A DNA stretch of 24,000 bases from contig CAZSWP010000003.1 in assembly GCA_964610875.1 (NCBI GenBank), positions 101,148 through 125,147 on the forward strand. Reading direction: 5' to 3'. A program made the position numbers and the translations under genes. The notes below the pieces were generated by a model. It was not told where the DNA came from, made no database searches, and saw nothing but the letters and a program-made list of their open reading frames with translations. The stretch comes from an uncultured archaeon (lineage in GTDB: Archaea; Asgardarchaeota; Thorarchaeia; Thorarchaeales; Thorarchaeaceae). Within the stretch, counting starts at the first letter, position 1. Each line of letters starts with the position of its first letter. Positions 1 to 7,911 of this stretch are shown in pieces.

Positions 1-6
1 ATCACT

Positions 7-1239
7 TTGAGAGATAATGACCCCCTGGATAAACTAAGACGATCTGCAAAAAGATACATTGAGAAAAAAAGTGAGAAGGAACTATTGGAACTAATTGTAA
101 ATTGTATTGGTGAGCGCCGTTCAAATGATTTACTTGATATTCTTGCGTCTGAAGAATCAAAAAGGGGCTGGCAAAAAGTTGTGTTTGATATAAAACACAT
201 ACTTGGAATGAGATATTCTATACCTCTAGGATTCACAAAAAATAAACTTGAAATTGAAGAGCTGAAGTTTAGAGAAGTTATCTTCGACACACTAGGATGC
301 CGAGGTCTTGAAGCAATTCCTTTGAGTATAGATTTGATACTTGAGAAACTAAATACATGTGAGAATATGACTGAGGCACAGAATACTCTAGCAGTGCTAT
401 GTGAGGAAGGGTTGAATGAATTAATCAGCAAGGGGGCACTACTTTTCTTTGACTCATCAGAATTTGCTGCTACTATTAAATCAGAATTACTGAGTCAAAT
501 TGAAAGTCGCCAGGAACAAAATATCTCACAACTTTATTTATCACGAGATGATCAATACATAGATATCACCGCTCTTTGGCACACAGAATTAGGCAGAAGA
601 GCACTTCTCAATATTGGAATAAAAGGAACTAAAATCACGGAAACTCAAATGGACCTTGTAATATCTGTATTACAAGTATCACGAGAAACGAAAAAATATC
701 TGATGGAATCCTTATCTGAGAACAAACAAGCGATTGAAACCAAATCTCTCAACCCATTGTATAACGAACTACTACAGTACATGATTGAATGGAACATTTC
801 TGGTCTTCGCTCTCTTGGAAGTAGATTTGCAATACCATTATTCAGACATATCACAATCTTTTCTTTTGAAAAATACTCAACTACTGAAGATAGTAAAACA
901 TACAATGAATATCTCGAAAGTCTGAAAAATCATGTACTTGTTAGAACATCTGAATCACTAGAAATACTTGAATATCTCTCTCAGAAATCAGACCCAAGAA
1001 TTGCAAGCCCTGCAATCACATATCTTGGAAACTTTTACACAGCAACAGTATCATCAATATTGGTAGATCTCGTCTGTTCAAGTAAGAAAAAAGTAATTCA
1101 ACATACCGCTGTTACAGCATTGAAAAACGTCCAAACAAGATGCCCAGAAACTAAGAATATAGTTGAGCTTGCTCTTAAAGCAGATTGCCAGAATAGAGGA
1201 AGACTATTGAAGTTTTATAGAGATTTGTGGCAAAAGTGA
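7..1239 (+). CDS. hypothetical alpha-helical repeat (HEAT/ARM-like?) protein, probably 5'-truncated by the window edge
   Basis: 410-codon ORF. The frame stays open back to nt 1 and the formal start is TTG, so the true start is likely upstream. Helix-prone Leu/Glu/Ser-rich sequence with no catalytic motif recognised. Contains an in-frame triple GTAWTAC array at 658-682. Confidence 0.6.
   Translation: MRDNDPLDKLRRSAKRYIEKKSEKELLELIVNCIGERRSNDLLDILASEESKRGWQKVVFDIKHILGMRYSIPLGFTKNKLEIEELKFREVIFDTLGCRGLEAIPLSIDLILEKLNTCENMTEAQNTLAVLCEEGLNELISKGALLFFDSSEFAATIKSELLSQIESRQEQNISQLYLSRDDQYIDITALWHTELGRRALLNIGIKGTKITETQMDLVISVLQVSRETKKYLMESLSENKQAIETKSLNPLYNELLQYMIEWNISGLRSLGSRFAIPLFRHITIFSFEKYSTTEDSKTYNEYLESLKNHVLVRTSESLEILEYLSQKSDPRIASPAITYLGNFYTATVSSILVDLVCSSKKKVIQHTAVTALKNVQTRCPETKNIVELALKADCQNRGRLLKFYRDLWQK
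658..682. repeat. three 9-bp-phased heptads GTAATAT-ct-GTATTAC-aa-GTATCAC (inside a CDS, in frame)
   Basis: Read directly. The units start at 658, 667 and 676. Confidence 0.6.
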
Positions 1240-1241
1240 CC

Positions 1242-1257
1242 GTATTACAAGTATTAA
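1242..1257. repeat. heptad dyad GTATTAC-aa-GTATTAA, 3 nt after the stop of ORF 7-1239
   Basis: Read directly. Intergenic, 65 nt upstream of the acdA start. Confidence 0.6.
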
Positions 1258-1321
1258 AAACAATACAAATCTAACTGCCATCTCGACAGACATAAAACCC
1301 ACTTGTATCTAGCTCATTATC

Positions 1322-2716
1322 ATGATGGTAAGAAATGAGATTGTGGAGGAACTAGACTCATTTTTCAATCCGAAAAGAGTTGCACTAGTAGGAGCCTCTG
1401 CTGACTATAGAAAACTGGGTAATTCAATATTGATGAATTTACTTGCATCAGAAATTGAAATTTATCCTATTACTATCAGTCGTGACCGTGTTTTAGGCGT
1501 CAATGCATATCCAAATCTCCATGATTTACCACAGCCTGTTGATCTTGTTATCATTGCTGTGGCAGCAAAATATTGTACTGGACTCATGTCAGAAGTCCGA
1601 AAAGCTGGAGCAAGAAATGCTATAGTAATATCTGGTGGATTTAGTGAAACTGGGGAGGAGGGGAAGAAACTTGAGAAACAACTTGTAGATGCTGCTAAGG
1701 CTGAGGGTGTCAGGATAATTGGTCCTAATTGTGTAGGAGTTTCAAATAGTAGATTGTTCAATGGCACATTTACTATGATGCCCGAGAGAGGAAATATTGC
1801 TCTTCTCTCTCAAAGTGGTGCATTAGGTGGAATGACCATATACACTACAAGAACAAAACGAATTGGGATGAGCAAATTTGTTAGCCTTGGGAATGCAGCT
1901 GATGTCAGTTTCACTGAAGTCCTTGAGTATTTCAGATATGACCAGAGAACGAACGTGATTGCAGTCTATGTTGAAGGTGTAGATGAGGGTCGTGATTTTT
2001 ATGAAGCATTAAAGAGAGCCTCGAGCGAAAAACCTGTTGTAGTTCTCAAGGGGGGAAGAAGTGAGGCTGGGGCAAAAGCAACCATGAGTCATACAGGGTC
2101 TCTTGCAGGTTCTATCAAAGTCTTTGATGGAATGATACGCCAAGCAGGTTGCGTGACTGCTCCTACATTTGATTCATTCTTTGAAGTTTGTAAATTATTT
2201 GATTATCAACCTTTACCGAAAGGTCGTAATATTGGTATTATTAGTAATACAGGGGGAGCTGGTGTTCTCGCTACTGATAAAGCGACCGACATGAACCTTG
2301 AAGTACCAGTTTTAAATCCTGAAACACGAAATGAATTAAGACAAGCCCTCTCTCCTATGGCATCAATTGAAAACCCAATCGATGTTGTTGCTAGTGGTGG
2401 AAGAAGGGAATACCGTATTGCTACAGAGTTATTGTTGAAAGATTCCAATGTTGATATGTTGTTAGTCATATGTGGCGTTCCAACCTTTGCAGGGATGACC
2501 CAAACTGAACATGCTGCTGGTACACTTGAAGGGGTACGGATGGCTGAAACTAGTAAACCAGTAGTGGGTGTTTGGCTCGCTGGCAATGTTGGAAAACCTG
2601 GAAAAGATCTTCTGGAGATGAATCGCATTCCTTGTTATGATGATCCAGCATTAGGTATTCTCTGCATGACTAAGATGGCTGAATATGCTGAAATGCACAG
2701 TCATATGAACTTGTAG
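1322..2716 (+). CDS. acdA: NDP-forming acetyl/acyl-CoA synthetase, alpha subunit (CoA-binding / succinyl-CoA-synthetase-like)
   Basis: 464 aa. CoA-binding N-terminus RVALVGASADYRKLGN, plus SQSGALGG and the phosphohistidine-loop-like MSHTGSLAGS. Length is typical of archaeal ACD alpha. No ATP-grasp beta subunit is adjacent. Confidence 0.8.
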   Translation: MMVRNEIVEELDSFFNPKRVALVGASADYRKLGNSILMNLLASEIEIYPITISRDRVLGVNAYPNLHDLPQPVDLVIIAVAAKYCTGLMSEVRKAGARNAIVISGGFSETGEEGKKLEKQLVDAAKAEGVRIIGPNCVGVSNSRLFNGTFTMMPERGNIALLSQSGALGGMTIYTTRTKRIGMSKFVSLGNAADVSFTEVLEYFRYDQRTNVIAVYVEGVDEGRDFYEALKRASSEKPVVVLKGGRSEAGAKATMSHTGSLAGSIKVFDGMIRQAGCVTAPTFDSFFEVCKLFDYQPLPKGRNIGIISNTGGAGVLATDKATDMNLEVPVLNPETRNELRQALSPMASIENPIDVVASGGRREYRIATELLLKDSNVDMLLVICGVPTFAGMTQTEHAAGTLEGVRMAETSKPVVGVWLAGNVGKPGKDLLEMNRIPCYDDPALGILCMTKMAEYAEMHSHMNL

Positions 2717-2737
2717 TAATTGTATTATTTGTAATAC
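2713..2737. repeat. three 9-bp-phased heptads GTAGTAA-tt-GTATTAT-tt-GTAATAC between the convergent acdA and RHH genes
   Basis: Read directly. The units start at 2713, 2722 and 2731. The array fills nearly the whole 25-nt intergenic gap and overlaps the acdA stop codon. Confidence 0.65.
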
Positions 2738-2741
2738 ACCA

Positions 2742-3047
2742 TTATTCAAGATACTTGTTTGCAAGTTCCGGAAACTCGTCTGTAACTGCATCCCTAAGCT
2801 TGCGCTCGACCCACATACTTAGATTGATTGCACGCTCATTTCTTACAGACTGAAGACAAGACCTAAGTTCAGTTGTAACACTGAATGACATTATTGGACT
2901 TCGTCTCTCACTGTTAGGAACAGCTGAGGGAGTTTCAGTCCTTCTAACCCGGGTCTGGCTGGTAGATTCAGTTGTTGATGTTGTTTCGTCTTTGTCTTTT
3001 TCATCTCTACCTTGTTCATCTTTCCGGTACTTTCCTAAGAGACTCAT
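2742..3047 (-). CDS. small putative ribbon-helix-helix DNA-binding protein with a disordered S/T/E/K-rich N-terminus
   Basis: 101-aa ORF whose ATG overlaps the stop of the upstream ATPase gene (TAATG on the minus strand, 3045-3049). The C-terminal MSFSVTTELRSCLQSVRNERAINLSMWVERKLRDAV shows a strand-helix-helix pattern like CopG/Arc/MetJ folds. This is pattern-based, not searched. Confidence 0.55.
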   Translation of the reverse strand: MSLLGKYRKDEQGRDEKDKDETTSTTESTSQTRVRRTETPSAVPNSERRSPIMSFSVTTELRSCLQSVRNERAINLSMWVERKLRDAVTDEFPELANKYLE

Positions 3048-4039
3048 TATCTGACCTCCCTAAGTAACGTCGCATATGCATCGGAAACTAGTGATGCTAT
3101 CTCTTCATTAACCTCAGGATTTCCATTGCTCCTGAAGTTTTCAGCAGCTACTTGTTGACAACCACGAGCTAACATTCTGATATCGCGAGGATTGCCTTTT
3201 GCAGCTGAATTGATTATATCAATCGCCTTCTCATGGAATGGATAAAGATCAAAATCATTTAGATCGAATGTGTCAATCTCACCACGTGCATATGCCAACC
3301 GTCGTCCTATGAACTCCTTTGCCTTCATAGCATCAAATGCAGGCACATCAAGGGGTTCAGTTCTATCAGCAATCTGTGGAAGATATGATAGCATAGCATT
3401 CCAATACATTGCAGTACCACTCATCACAAGAGTCACAATTGGTTCATCTAATGACTGTCCATGGCCTGCAATCATCTCTTCTGTAGGTAAATCTGCCAAG
3501 TAGCGTAATTTATGAAATGCTGCTTCCTGATTATCCGCAACATCTTCTATGAATAGTGCAGTACGACTTTGTTCTTCCATATATCTCCGAAGACATTCTT
3601 GAGCCACTGCTTCGATAATCTGACTAGACTCCCAAGACCTCCGATATTTTACTCGTAATGAATCGGCAATAGCTGCCGACATTTGCTTCTCGTATAACCC
3701 AGTCATTCCAACATAACCAGTGACGAATTTGTTACCACGTCGATCTGCCAGTGTTGGCAGGTCTCTCAGGGCAAGTAACATCAATGTACTTTTTCCAGAA
3801 CCAACAGGTCCACGAAGGAATACATGTCGCTCGTTTGTTATTATCAAATCTACAATAGAGTCAAGAAAGTCTGCATGCTCTATATAGAGCCGACTATCTG
3901 GCATCTTGAAACCACGAAATGGTGAGAATTTGGCCCTGATTTTATCCTCCCAAGCTTTTAGGGTTTCTTTTCGTGTATTGAAGTGACGTATTAGAGCACT
4001 CTCATGAATTGCAATTGTCATGGCTCGGCCTCGTATCAC
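3047..4039 (-). CDS. AAA+ P-loop ATPase of the ExeA/TniB/Orc1-Cdc6-like (AAA_22-type) clade, without a winged-helix domain
   Basis: 330 aa from GTG 4039, with an in-frame ATG at 4021. Walker A GPVGSGKS, Walker B ALFIEDV, sensor-1-like LVMSGT, and a C-terminal AKGNPRDIRMLARG arginine motif placed like the ExeA GxPRxIN motif and Orc1 sensor 2. The protein ends about 40 aa after that motif. Confidence 0.75.
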   Translation of the reverse strand: MIRGRAMTIAIHESALIRHFNTRKETLKAWEDKIRAKFSPFRGFKMPDSRLYIEHADFLDSIVDLIITNERHVFLRGPVGSGKSTLMLLALRDLPTLADRRGNKFVTGYVGMTGLYEKQMSAAIADSLRVKYRRSWESSQIIEAVAQECLRRYMEEQSRTALFIEDVADNQEAAFHKLRYLADLPTEEMIAGHGQSLDEPIVTLVMSGTAMYWNAMLSYLPQIADRTEPLDVPAFDAMKAKEFIGRRLAYARGEIDTFDLNDFDLYPFHEKAIDIINSAAKGNPRDIRMLARGCQQVAAENFRSNGNPEVNEEIASLVSDAYATLLREVR

Positions 4040-4057
4040 ATGTAGTTATTGTAATAC
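4033..4057. promoter_or_regulatory. three 9-bp-phased heptads GTATCAC-at-GTAGTTA-tt-GTAATAC at the 5' end/promoter of the ATPase-RHH operon
   Basis: Read directly. The units start at 4033, 4042 and 4051. The array lies 12-36 nt upstream of ATG 4021 and overlaps the GTG at 4039. Confidence 0.6.
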
Positions 4058-4070
4058 AATTTCAATACAC
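4050..4070 (+). repeat. copy 1 of a ~20-nt direct repeat, TGTAATACAATTTCAATACAC
   Basis: Aligns with 4158-4176 (TGTAATACATTCCAATCAC): 18 identities, one mismatch and two 1-nt indels. Confidence 0.6.
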
Positions 4071-4149
4071 TGCCCATTCATAAAGGTTCCGTGCGTTCAA
4101 AATACTTTATTCAAACAGCGCCAATAAAAAGCAATGTTTCAATAACATG

Positions 4150-4165
4150 GTATTAACTGTAATAC
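4150..4165. promoter_or_regulatory. heptad dyad GTATTAA-ct-GTAATAC upstream of the small membrane-protein gene
   Basis: Read directly. Lies 24-39 nt upstream of ATG 4189. Confidence 0.55.
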
Positions 4166-4176
4166 ATTCCAATCAC
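4158..4176 (+). repeat. copy 2 of the ~20-nt direct repeat, TGTAATACATTCCAATCAC
   Basis: See copy 1. The start-to-start distance is 108 nt. Confidence 0.6.
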
Positions 4177-4188
4177 GAAAATCCGAAC

Positions 4189-4533
4189 ATGGCACAACCT
4201 TTTTCAACCAATTGCTTTCGTGATTCAGTAGTTGACGCAAGGAGTCACAAGAAAATGGACGTTGACAGGACTCAGCGAATTCTGACATCATTAATGATCA
4301 TCAGTTTTCTAGTATTCGGCCTTTTAGCTGGAATCATTTTGATCACTGATGCACCATTGGACGCATCCACTACCTCACTGCCTTTTGCTTTTCTATTCAT
4401 ATCAGGAATGACACTGATAATTACCGGACAAATAAATGAGCGTCCAAAACGGGTAGATAGATACCTACGACAATGGTTGGTCATCTGTGTTTTTGTTGCC
4501 GTTCTTAGTGCTCTTGCATTTACACTTGCATAG
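4189..4533 (+). CDS. small hypothetical membrane protein (three predicted TM segments)
   Basis: The ORF track starts at ATG 4147, but 4150-4165 is a heptad dyad and ATG 4189 (MAQPF...) is in frame, so 4189 is preferred. Hydrophobic stretches are ILTSLMIISFLVFGLLAGIILI, LPFAFLFISGMTLIITG and WLVICVFVAVLSALAFTLA. Confidence 0.5.
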   Translation: MAQPFSTNCFRDSVVDARSHKKMDVDRTQRILTSLMIISFLVFGLLAGIILITDAPLDASTTSLPFAFLFISGMTLIITGQINERPKRVDRYLRQWLVICVFVAVLSALAFTLA

Positions 4534-4579
4534 AAACACCTATCGCAATAGTTTTAGGAATGCGAAAATGCAGTGGATT

Positions 4580-4599
4580 TATTGAGTAATGACTCAATA
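4580..4599. promoter_or_regulatory. 8-bp perfect palindrome TATTGAGT-aatg-ACTCAATA at promoter distance from atpD
   Basis: Read directly. Lies 27-46 nt upstream of ATG 4626 and abuts the AT-rich AATATAC. A hairpin of this size can arise by chance in a window of this length. Confidence 0.3.
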
Positions 4600-4625
4600 T
4601 ACTGAGCCATGAAAAAGTGATTATT

Positions 4626-5255
4626 ATGAGCAAGGTTCTGCCAGGAACAAAGACTACTCGAAGCGAACTACTTCGAATAAAGACAAGAATGCGTCTTGCA
4701 GAACGTGGTCATGATTTATTAAAAGAAAAACGTGACTCCCTTGTTTTAGAGTTTTTTAATGCTATTGCTGAAATAAAAGAAGCACGTGACAAGATGGAAA
4801 AAGCTCTCGATGAAGCTTTTTCAAGTCTTACACAAGCAAAGATGATTATGGGTCCTGCTCGAGTAATTGAATTCGCTCATGCGAGTAAAGTACGAACTGA
4901 CCTATCGATTACCACTCGTTCAATGATGGGTGTCCGTGTTCCGGTAATCTCTGTTGAACAACAAGTACCTGAACTTCCTTATTCTCTCCCTGACTCAAGT
5001 GCAAGGCTTGATACAATGAGTCTGAAATTTAGAGAGGCTCTAAAGGCAATAATACACCTTGCCGAAATTGAATCTGCAATCAAGCGCCTCGCTCTTGAAA
5101 TAGAAAGGACAAAACGCAGAGTTTCTGCTCTCGAAACTGTGGTAATACCACGACTAGATGCAACCCAGAGATTTGTGAAACTGGCACTCGAAGAACGCGA
5201 GCGAGAAGACTTCATTCGTCTGAAGATCATCCGTGATCGGATGGAAAACGAATAA
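4626..5255 (+). CDS. atpD: A/V-type ATP synthase subunit D
   Basis: The N-terminal TRSELLRIKTRMRLAERGHDLLKEKRDSLVLEF is the hallmark of subunit D, and the rest is coiled-coil-like. ATG 4626 is preferred over GTG 4617. Confidence 0.85.
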   Translation: MSKVLPGTKTTRSELLRIKTRMRLAERGHDLLKEKRDSLVLEFFNAIAEIKEARDKMEKALDEAFSSLTQAKMIMGPARVIEFAHASKVRTDLSITTRSMMGVRVPVISVEQQVPELPYSLPDSSARLDTMSLKFREALKAIIHLAEIESAIKRLALEIERTKRRVSALETVVIPRLDATQRFVKLALEEREREDFIRLKIIRDRMENE

Positions 5256-5259
5256 TACA

Positions 5260-5637
5260 CTAGGTTTTTCTAAGTTTTAAAATAGCTGCAGCCAAATCTC
5301 CACCCGTTTCCTTCAAAGTTTCAATTGCAGTTTCAATATCCACACCTGTCTGGCCTGCCACTAATGCTGCATCTTCAACTGGAATCTCAATCTCAGATTC
5401 TGCTACTTCTGTGACTTCACCACCAGATGTGAGTCCACGTTCTATCTTATTTCCTGATACTTGATATGATTCATTCCCTGCTTGCTTAATGACCATCACT
5501 TGCGCATTAGCAATCTGCCATTCTTTATCTTCAAAACGAATAATGACCTCTTTAACTCCTTTTAGCTCATTTTGTTCAATACCCATTTTTTTCATCATTC
5601 GTGCCATCTGTTTAGGTGATAGTCCTCGAAATCCCAT
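5260..5637 (-). CDS. nac: nascent polypeptide-associated complex protein (archaeal NAC, NAC domain plus C-terminal UBA-like domain)
   Basis: 125 aa. The N-terminus PKQMARMMKKMGI followed by the beta-rich VIIRFEDKEWQIANAQVMVIKQAG is typical of archaeal NAC. The C-terminal EDAALVAGQTGVDIETAIETLKETGGDLAAAILKL is UBA-like. Confidence 0.85.
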   Translation of the reverse strand: MGFRGLSPKQMARMMKKMGIEQNELKGVKEVIIRFEDKEWQIANAQVMVIKQAGNESYQVSGNKIERGLTSGGEVTEVAESEIEIPVEDAALVAGQTGVDIETAIETLKETGGDLAAAILKLRKT

Positions 5638-5657
5638 TATTCATTCCTCAGAAATCT

Positions 5658-5677
5658 GTAATTTTGATATCAATTAC
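5658..5677. promoter_or_regulatory. variant inverted pair GTAATTT...CAATTAC upstream of nac
   Basis: GTAATTTTGATATCAATTAC lies 21-40 nt upstream of the nac ATG (5637). Half-site spacing is 13 rather than 9, so membership in the heptad family is uncertain. Confidence 0.3.
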
Positions 5678-5730
5678 TTTCCTCTTTAGTGAAATAATTA
5701 TGGCCACTGATAAAACGGTTGTGCTCTAGT

Positions 5731-6558
5731 TCAAATAGATTCCAGCTCTATGTCAAAAACAAAATGGATAATATTGGGCGAATAGTATTTTATTTTACGT
5801 ATTTCAATACTAGCAGTGAAATTATATTTCCCAGAAATAGTATTAATTGTATTACAAACATTATGGATTGAATCTGGATGTGATGCAAGATGCATATGTA
5901 TGGCACCTCCTCTCTTGGAAAGTGTTTCAAGGGCGTAGGGCAGAAACTCTGTAGTGCTATGCAAGTAACCCATCACAATCCTATCTGCTATACCAATAGG
6001 ATGTACCTTCCTACAGTCTCCCAAAATTGCTTCCATTCTATCAGTTACATTATTGAGTTGAATGTTTTCCTGTAAATAAGAGTGTGCTAAAGGACTGATT
6101 TCAATAGCTATCACTTTTGCTCCACTCCTACTAGCTATATGCAACCCGAATTGTCCTACACATGCAAACATATCCACAACGGTTTCTGAGGGATCGACCA
6201 AGTCCGGCAAACGAATTCGCTCTGCACGATTACCTCCAGAAAAAGTAATCTTCAATGGGTCAAGTTTGAACTTTACTCCACTTTCAATGTGTGTGGTGAC
6301 AGTGTTAGAATCTCCTGCAAACAACTTGTATTGTGGTTCTCTGATCTCTCCTTTTGTGCCTCCAACCTTAATAGCAATAGACTTTGCCTTTTTCTCATAC
6401 TGCAGCGTAAGCTCTGCAATCATTTTGGATAGAACAGCAACCTCATTTTTTATCTGTAGTAGGACGACATGTCCTACAACGTGGTAACCTTGTGGTAAGC
6501 TAGACTCTGATGTAACATATTCTCTGAGTTCTGTTTTGAGGAAATTCCTATATTTCAT
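5731..6558 (-). CDS. Trm5/Taw2 (Met-10+) family SAM-dependent tRNA methyltransferase
   Basis: 275 aa. Has the class I SAM-binding motif VVDMFACVGQFGLHIA and the overall Met-10+ layout. Trm5 versus Taw2/Tyw2 cannot be resolved by eye. Confidence 0.7.
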   Translation of the reverse strand: MKYRNFLKTELREYVTSESSLPQGYHVVGHVVLLQIKNEVAVLSKMIAELTLQYEKKAKSIAIKVGGTKGEIREPQYKLFAGDSNTVTTHIESGVKFKLDPLKITFSGGNRAERIRLPDLVDPSETVVDMFACVGQFGLHIASRSGAKVIAIEISPLAHSYLQENIQLNNVTDRMEAILGDCRKVHPIGIADRIVMGYLHSTTEFLPYALETLSKRGGAIHMHLASHPDSIHNVCNTINTISGKYNFTASIEIRKIKYYSPNIIHFVFDIELESI

Positions 6559-6559
6559 T

Positions 6560-6575
6560 GTAATTCATGTATTAC
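6560..6575. repeat. heptad dyad GTAATTC-at-GTATTAC filling the 22-nt gap between the pan stop and the Trm5-like start
   Basis: Read directly. An in-phase related octamer, GTATATAC, follows at 6587. Confidence 0.6.
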
Positions 6576-6580
6576 AATTT

Positions 6581-7855
6581 TTAGCAGTATATACCTGCAG
6601 GAGCATCTTGTCCGCCTTTTCCACGAACTTGCATCTTTATAATGGCTTTCTGGAAATCATCATGTGTTACGCAGGTTCGTCCATCACGGATTGCAAACAT
6701 ACCTGCTTCCGTACACATTGCTTTGATATCCGCTCCAGTCTTGTTCTGAGTGAGAAGAACAATTTGATCAATATCTAATTCCTTGTCAATATTCATACCA
6801 CGTATGTGAATCTTGATTATCTCTTTCCTGCTTACTTGATCTGGCATTGGAAAGTCAATTATTCTATCAAAACGACCCGGTCTCAAAAGGGCTGGATCAA
6901 GGATATCAGGTCGGTTCGTTGCTCCAATAATGGCAACTTGACCTCTTGTTTCGAACCCATCAAGCTCGCTAAGAAGTTGCATTAATGTACGTTGTACTTC
7001 TCTATCTCCAGATGTAGCAATATCAAGTCTGTGTGAACCAACAGCATCAAGTTCGTCAATAAACACAATGGCAGGAGATTTCTCTTTTGCAAGCATGAAT
7101 ATCTCTCTTACCAACCTGGCACCTTCACCGATGAATTTCTGGACAAGCTCGGATCCAATGACTCTTATGAAAGTGGCATTGGTTTCATGTGCGACGGCTC
7201 TAGCGCTGAGTGTTTTACCTGTTCCAGGAAGTCCAGTAAGCAATACTCCTTTTGGAGGTTCTATGCCCACTTCCTTAAACAGGTCGGGCTTTATTAATGG
7301 CAATTCAACAGTTTCCCTAATCTCTCGTAATTGATCTTCCAAGCCTCCAATATCGCTATAGGATACTTCTGGAGCTTCTTCAATCTCCATAGCTCTAATC
7401 ATTGGGTCACGAGATGGTGGGAGTTCTTGAGTCACAGCAAAAGACCTCTGATTGAGTGCAACACGCATACCTGGCTGAATCCGATTTCTGGGAATAGATG
7501 ATGCCACATGGACTACAAAATTTGGTCCAGTTGAACTCTTGACAATGGCGCGTCCATCCTCAAGCATCTCTACAATAGTTGCTGTTATCAAAGGAGAAGA
7601 ACGTAGTTTCTCGAGTTCCGTTCGTAAAGTCTGTGTTTCCTTTTCCAATCTACTACGCTCTGCATGAAGAATTTGTTTTTCGGTTTCCAATGCTCGAAGT
7701 CGACGTTCAAGATGTCTTGTATAACTCTGTGAATAAGTTGAGTCATCAACGTTACCATCTTTCTTTGCATCAGTAGTTCCAGGCAAAAAGGTGCACCTCA
7801 GCTCCTCATCCTCTGCTAAGGTTTTAAGCATATCCGTATTGGTGTTTTTCATCAT
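6581..7855 (-). CDS. pan: proteasome-activating nucleotidase (PAN, Rpt-like AAA ATPase)
   Basis: 424 aa. N-terminal coiled coil ([22 protein letters not shown]), an OB region, Walker A GLPGTGKT, Walker B VFIDELD, and a C-terminal HbYX-like tail ending IYC. Confidence 0.9.
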   Translation of the reverse strand: MMKNTNTDMLKTLAEDEELRCTFLPGTTDAKKDGNVDDSTYSQSYTRHLERRLRALETEKQILHAERSRLEKETQTLRTELEKLRSSPLITATIVEMLEDGRAIVKSSTGPNFVVHVASSIPRNRIQPGMRVALNQRSFAVTQELPPSRDPMIRAMEIEEAPEVSYSDIGGLEDQLREIRETVELPLIKPDLFKEVGIEPPKGVLLTGLPGTGKTLSARAVAHETNATFIRVIGSELVQKFIGEGARLVREIFMLAKEKSPAIVFIDELDAVGSHRLDIATSGDREVQRTLMQLLSELDGFETRGQVAIIGATNRPDILDPALLRPGRFDRIIDFPMPDQVSRKEIIKIHIRGMNIDKELDIDQIVLLTQNKTGADIKAMCTEAGMFAIRDGRTCVTHDDFQKAIIKMQVRGKGGQDAPAGIYC

Positions 7856-7911
7856 TCAGGTCAAGCTTTATCTATGCTCTATCTTGAGAGTAATTAGAGA
7901 GGGAAGAACCC

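Noticed and set aside
4040-4050. The 11-mer CATGTAGTTAT shared between 4040-4050 and the CDS near 23594.
   Set aside because: Shared 11-mers are expected many times by chance in a 24-kb AT-rich window, and there is no surrounding similarity.
4033-4165. Interpreting GTAWTAC arrays simply as this organism's TATA boxes.
   Set aside because: The best-defined promoters in the window, those of the tRNAs, use CTATAA-type boxes at -25 to -35. Two of the cleanest heptad arrays (2713-2737 and 20081-20096) sit between convergent gene ends, where no promoter is expected. Overlap with promoters at some sites remains possible.
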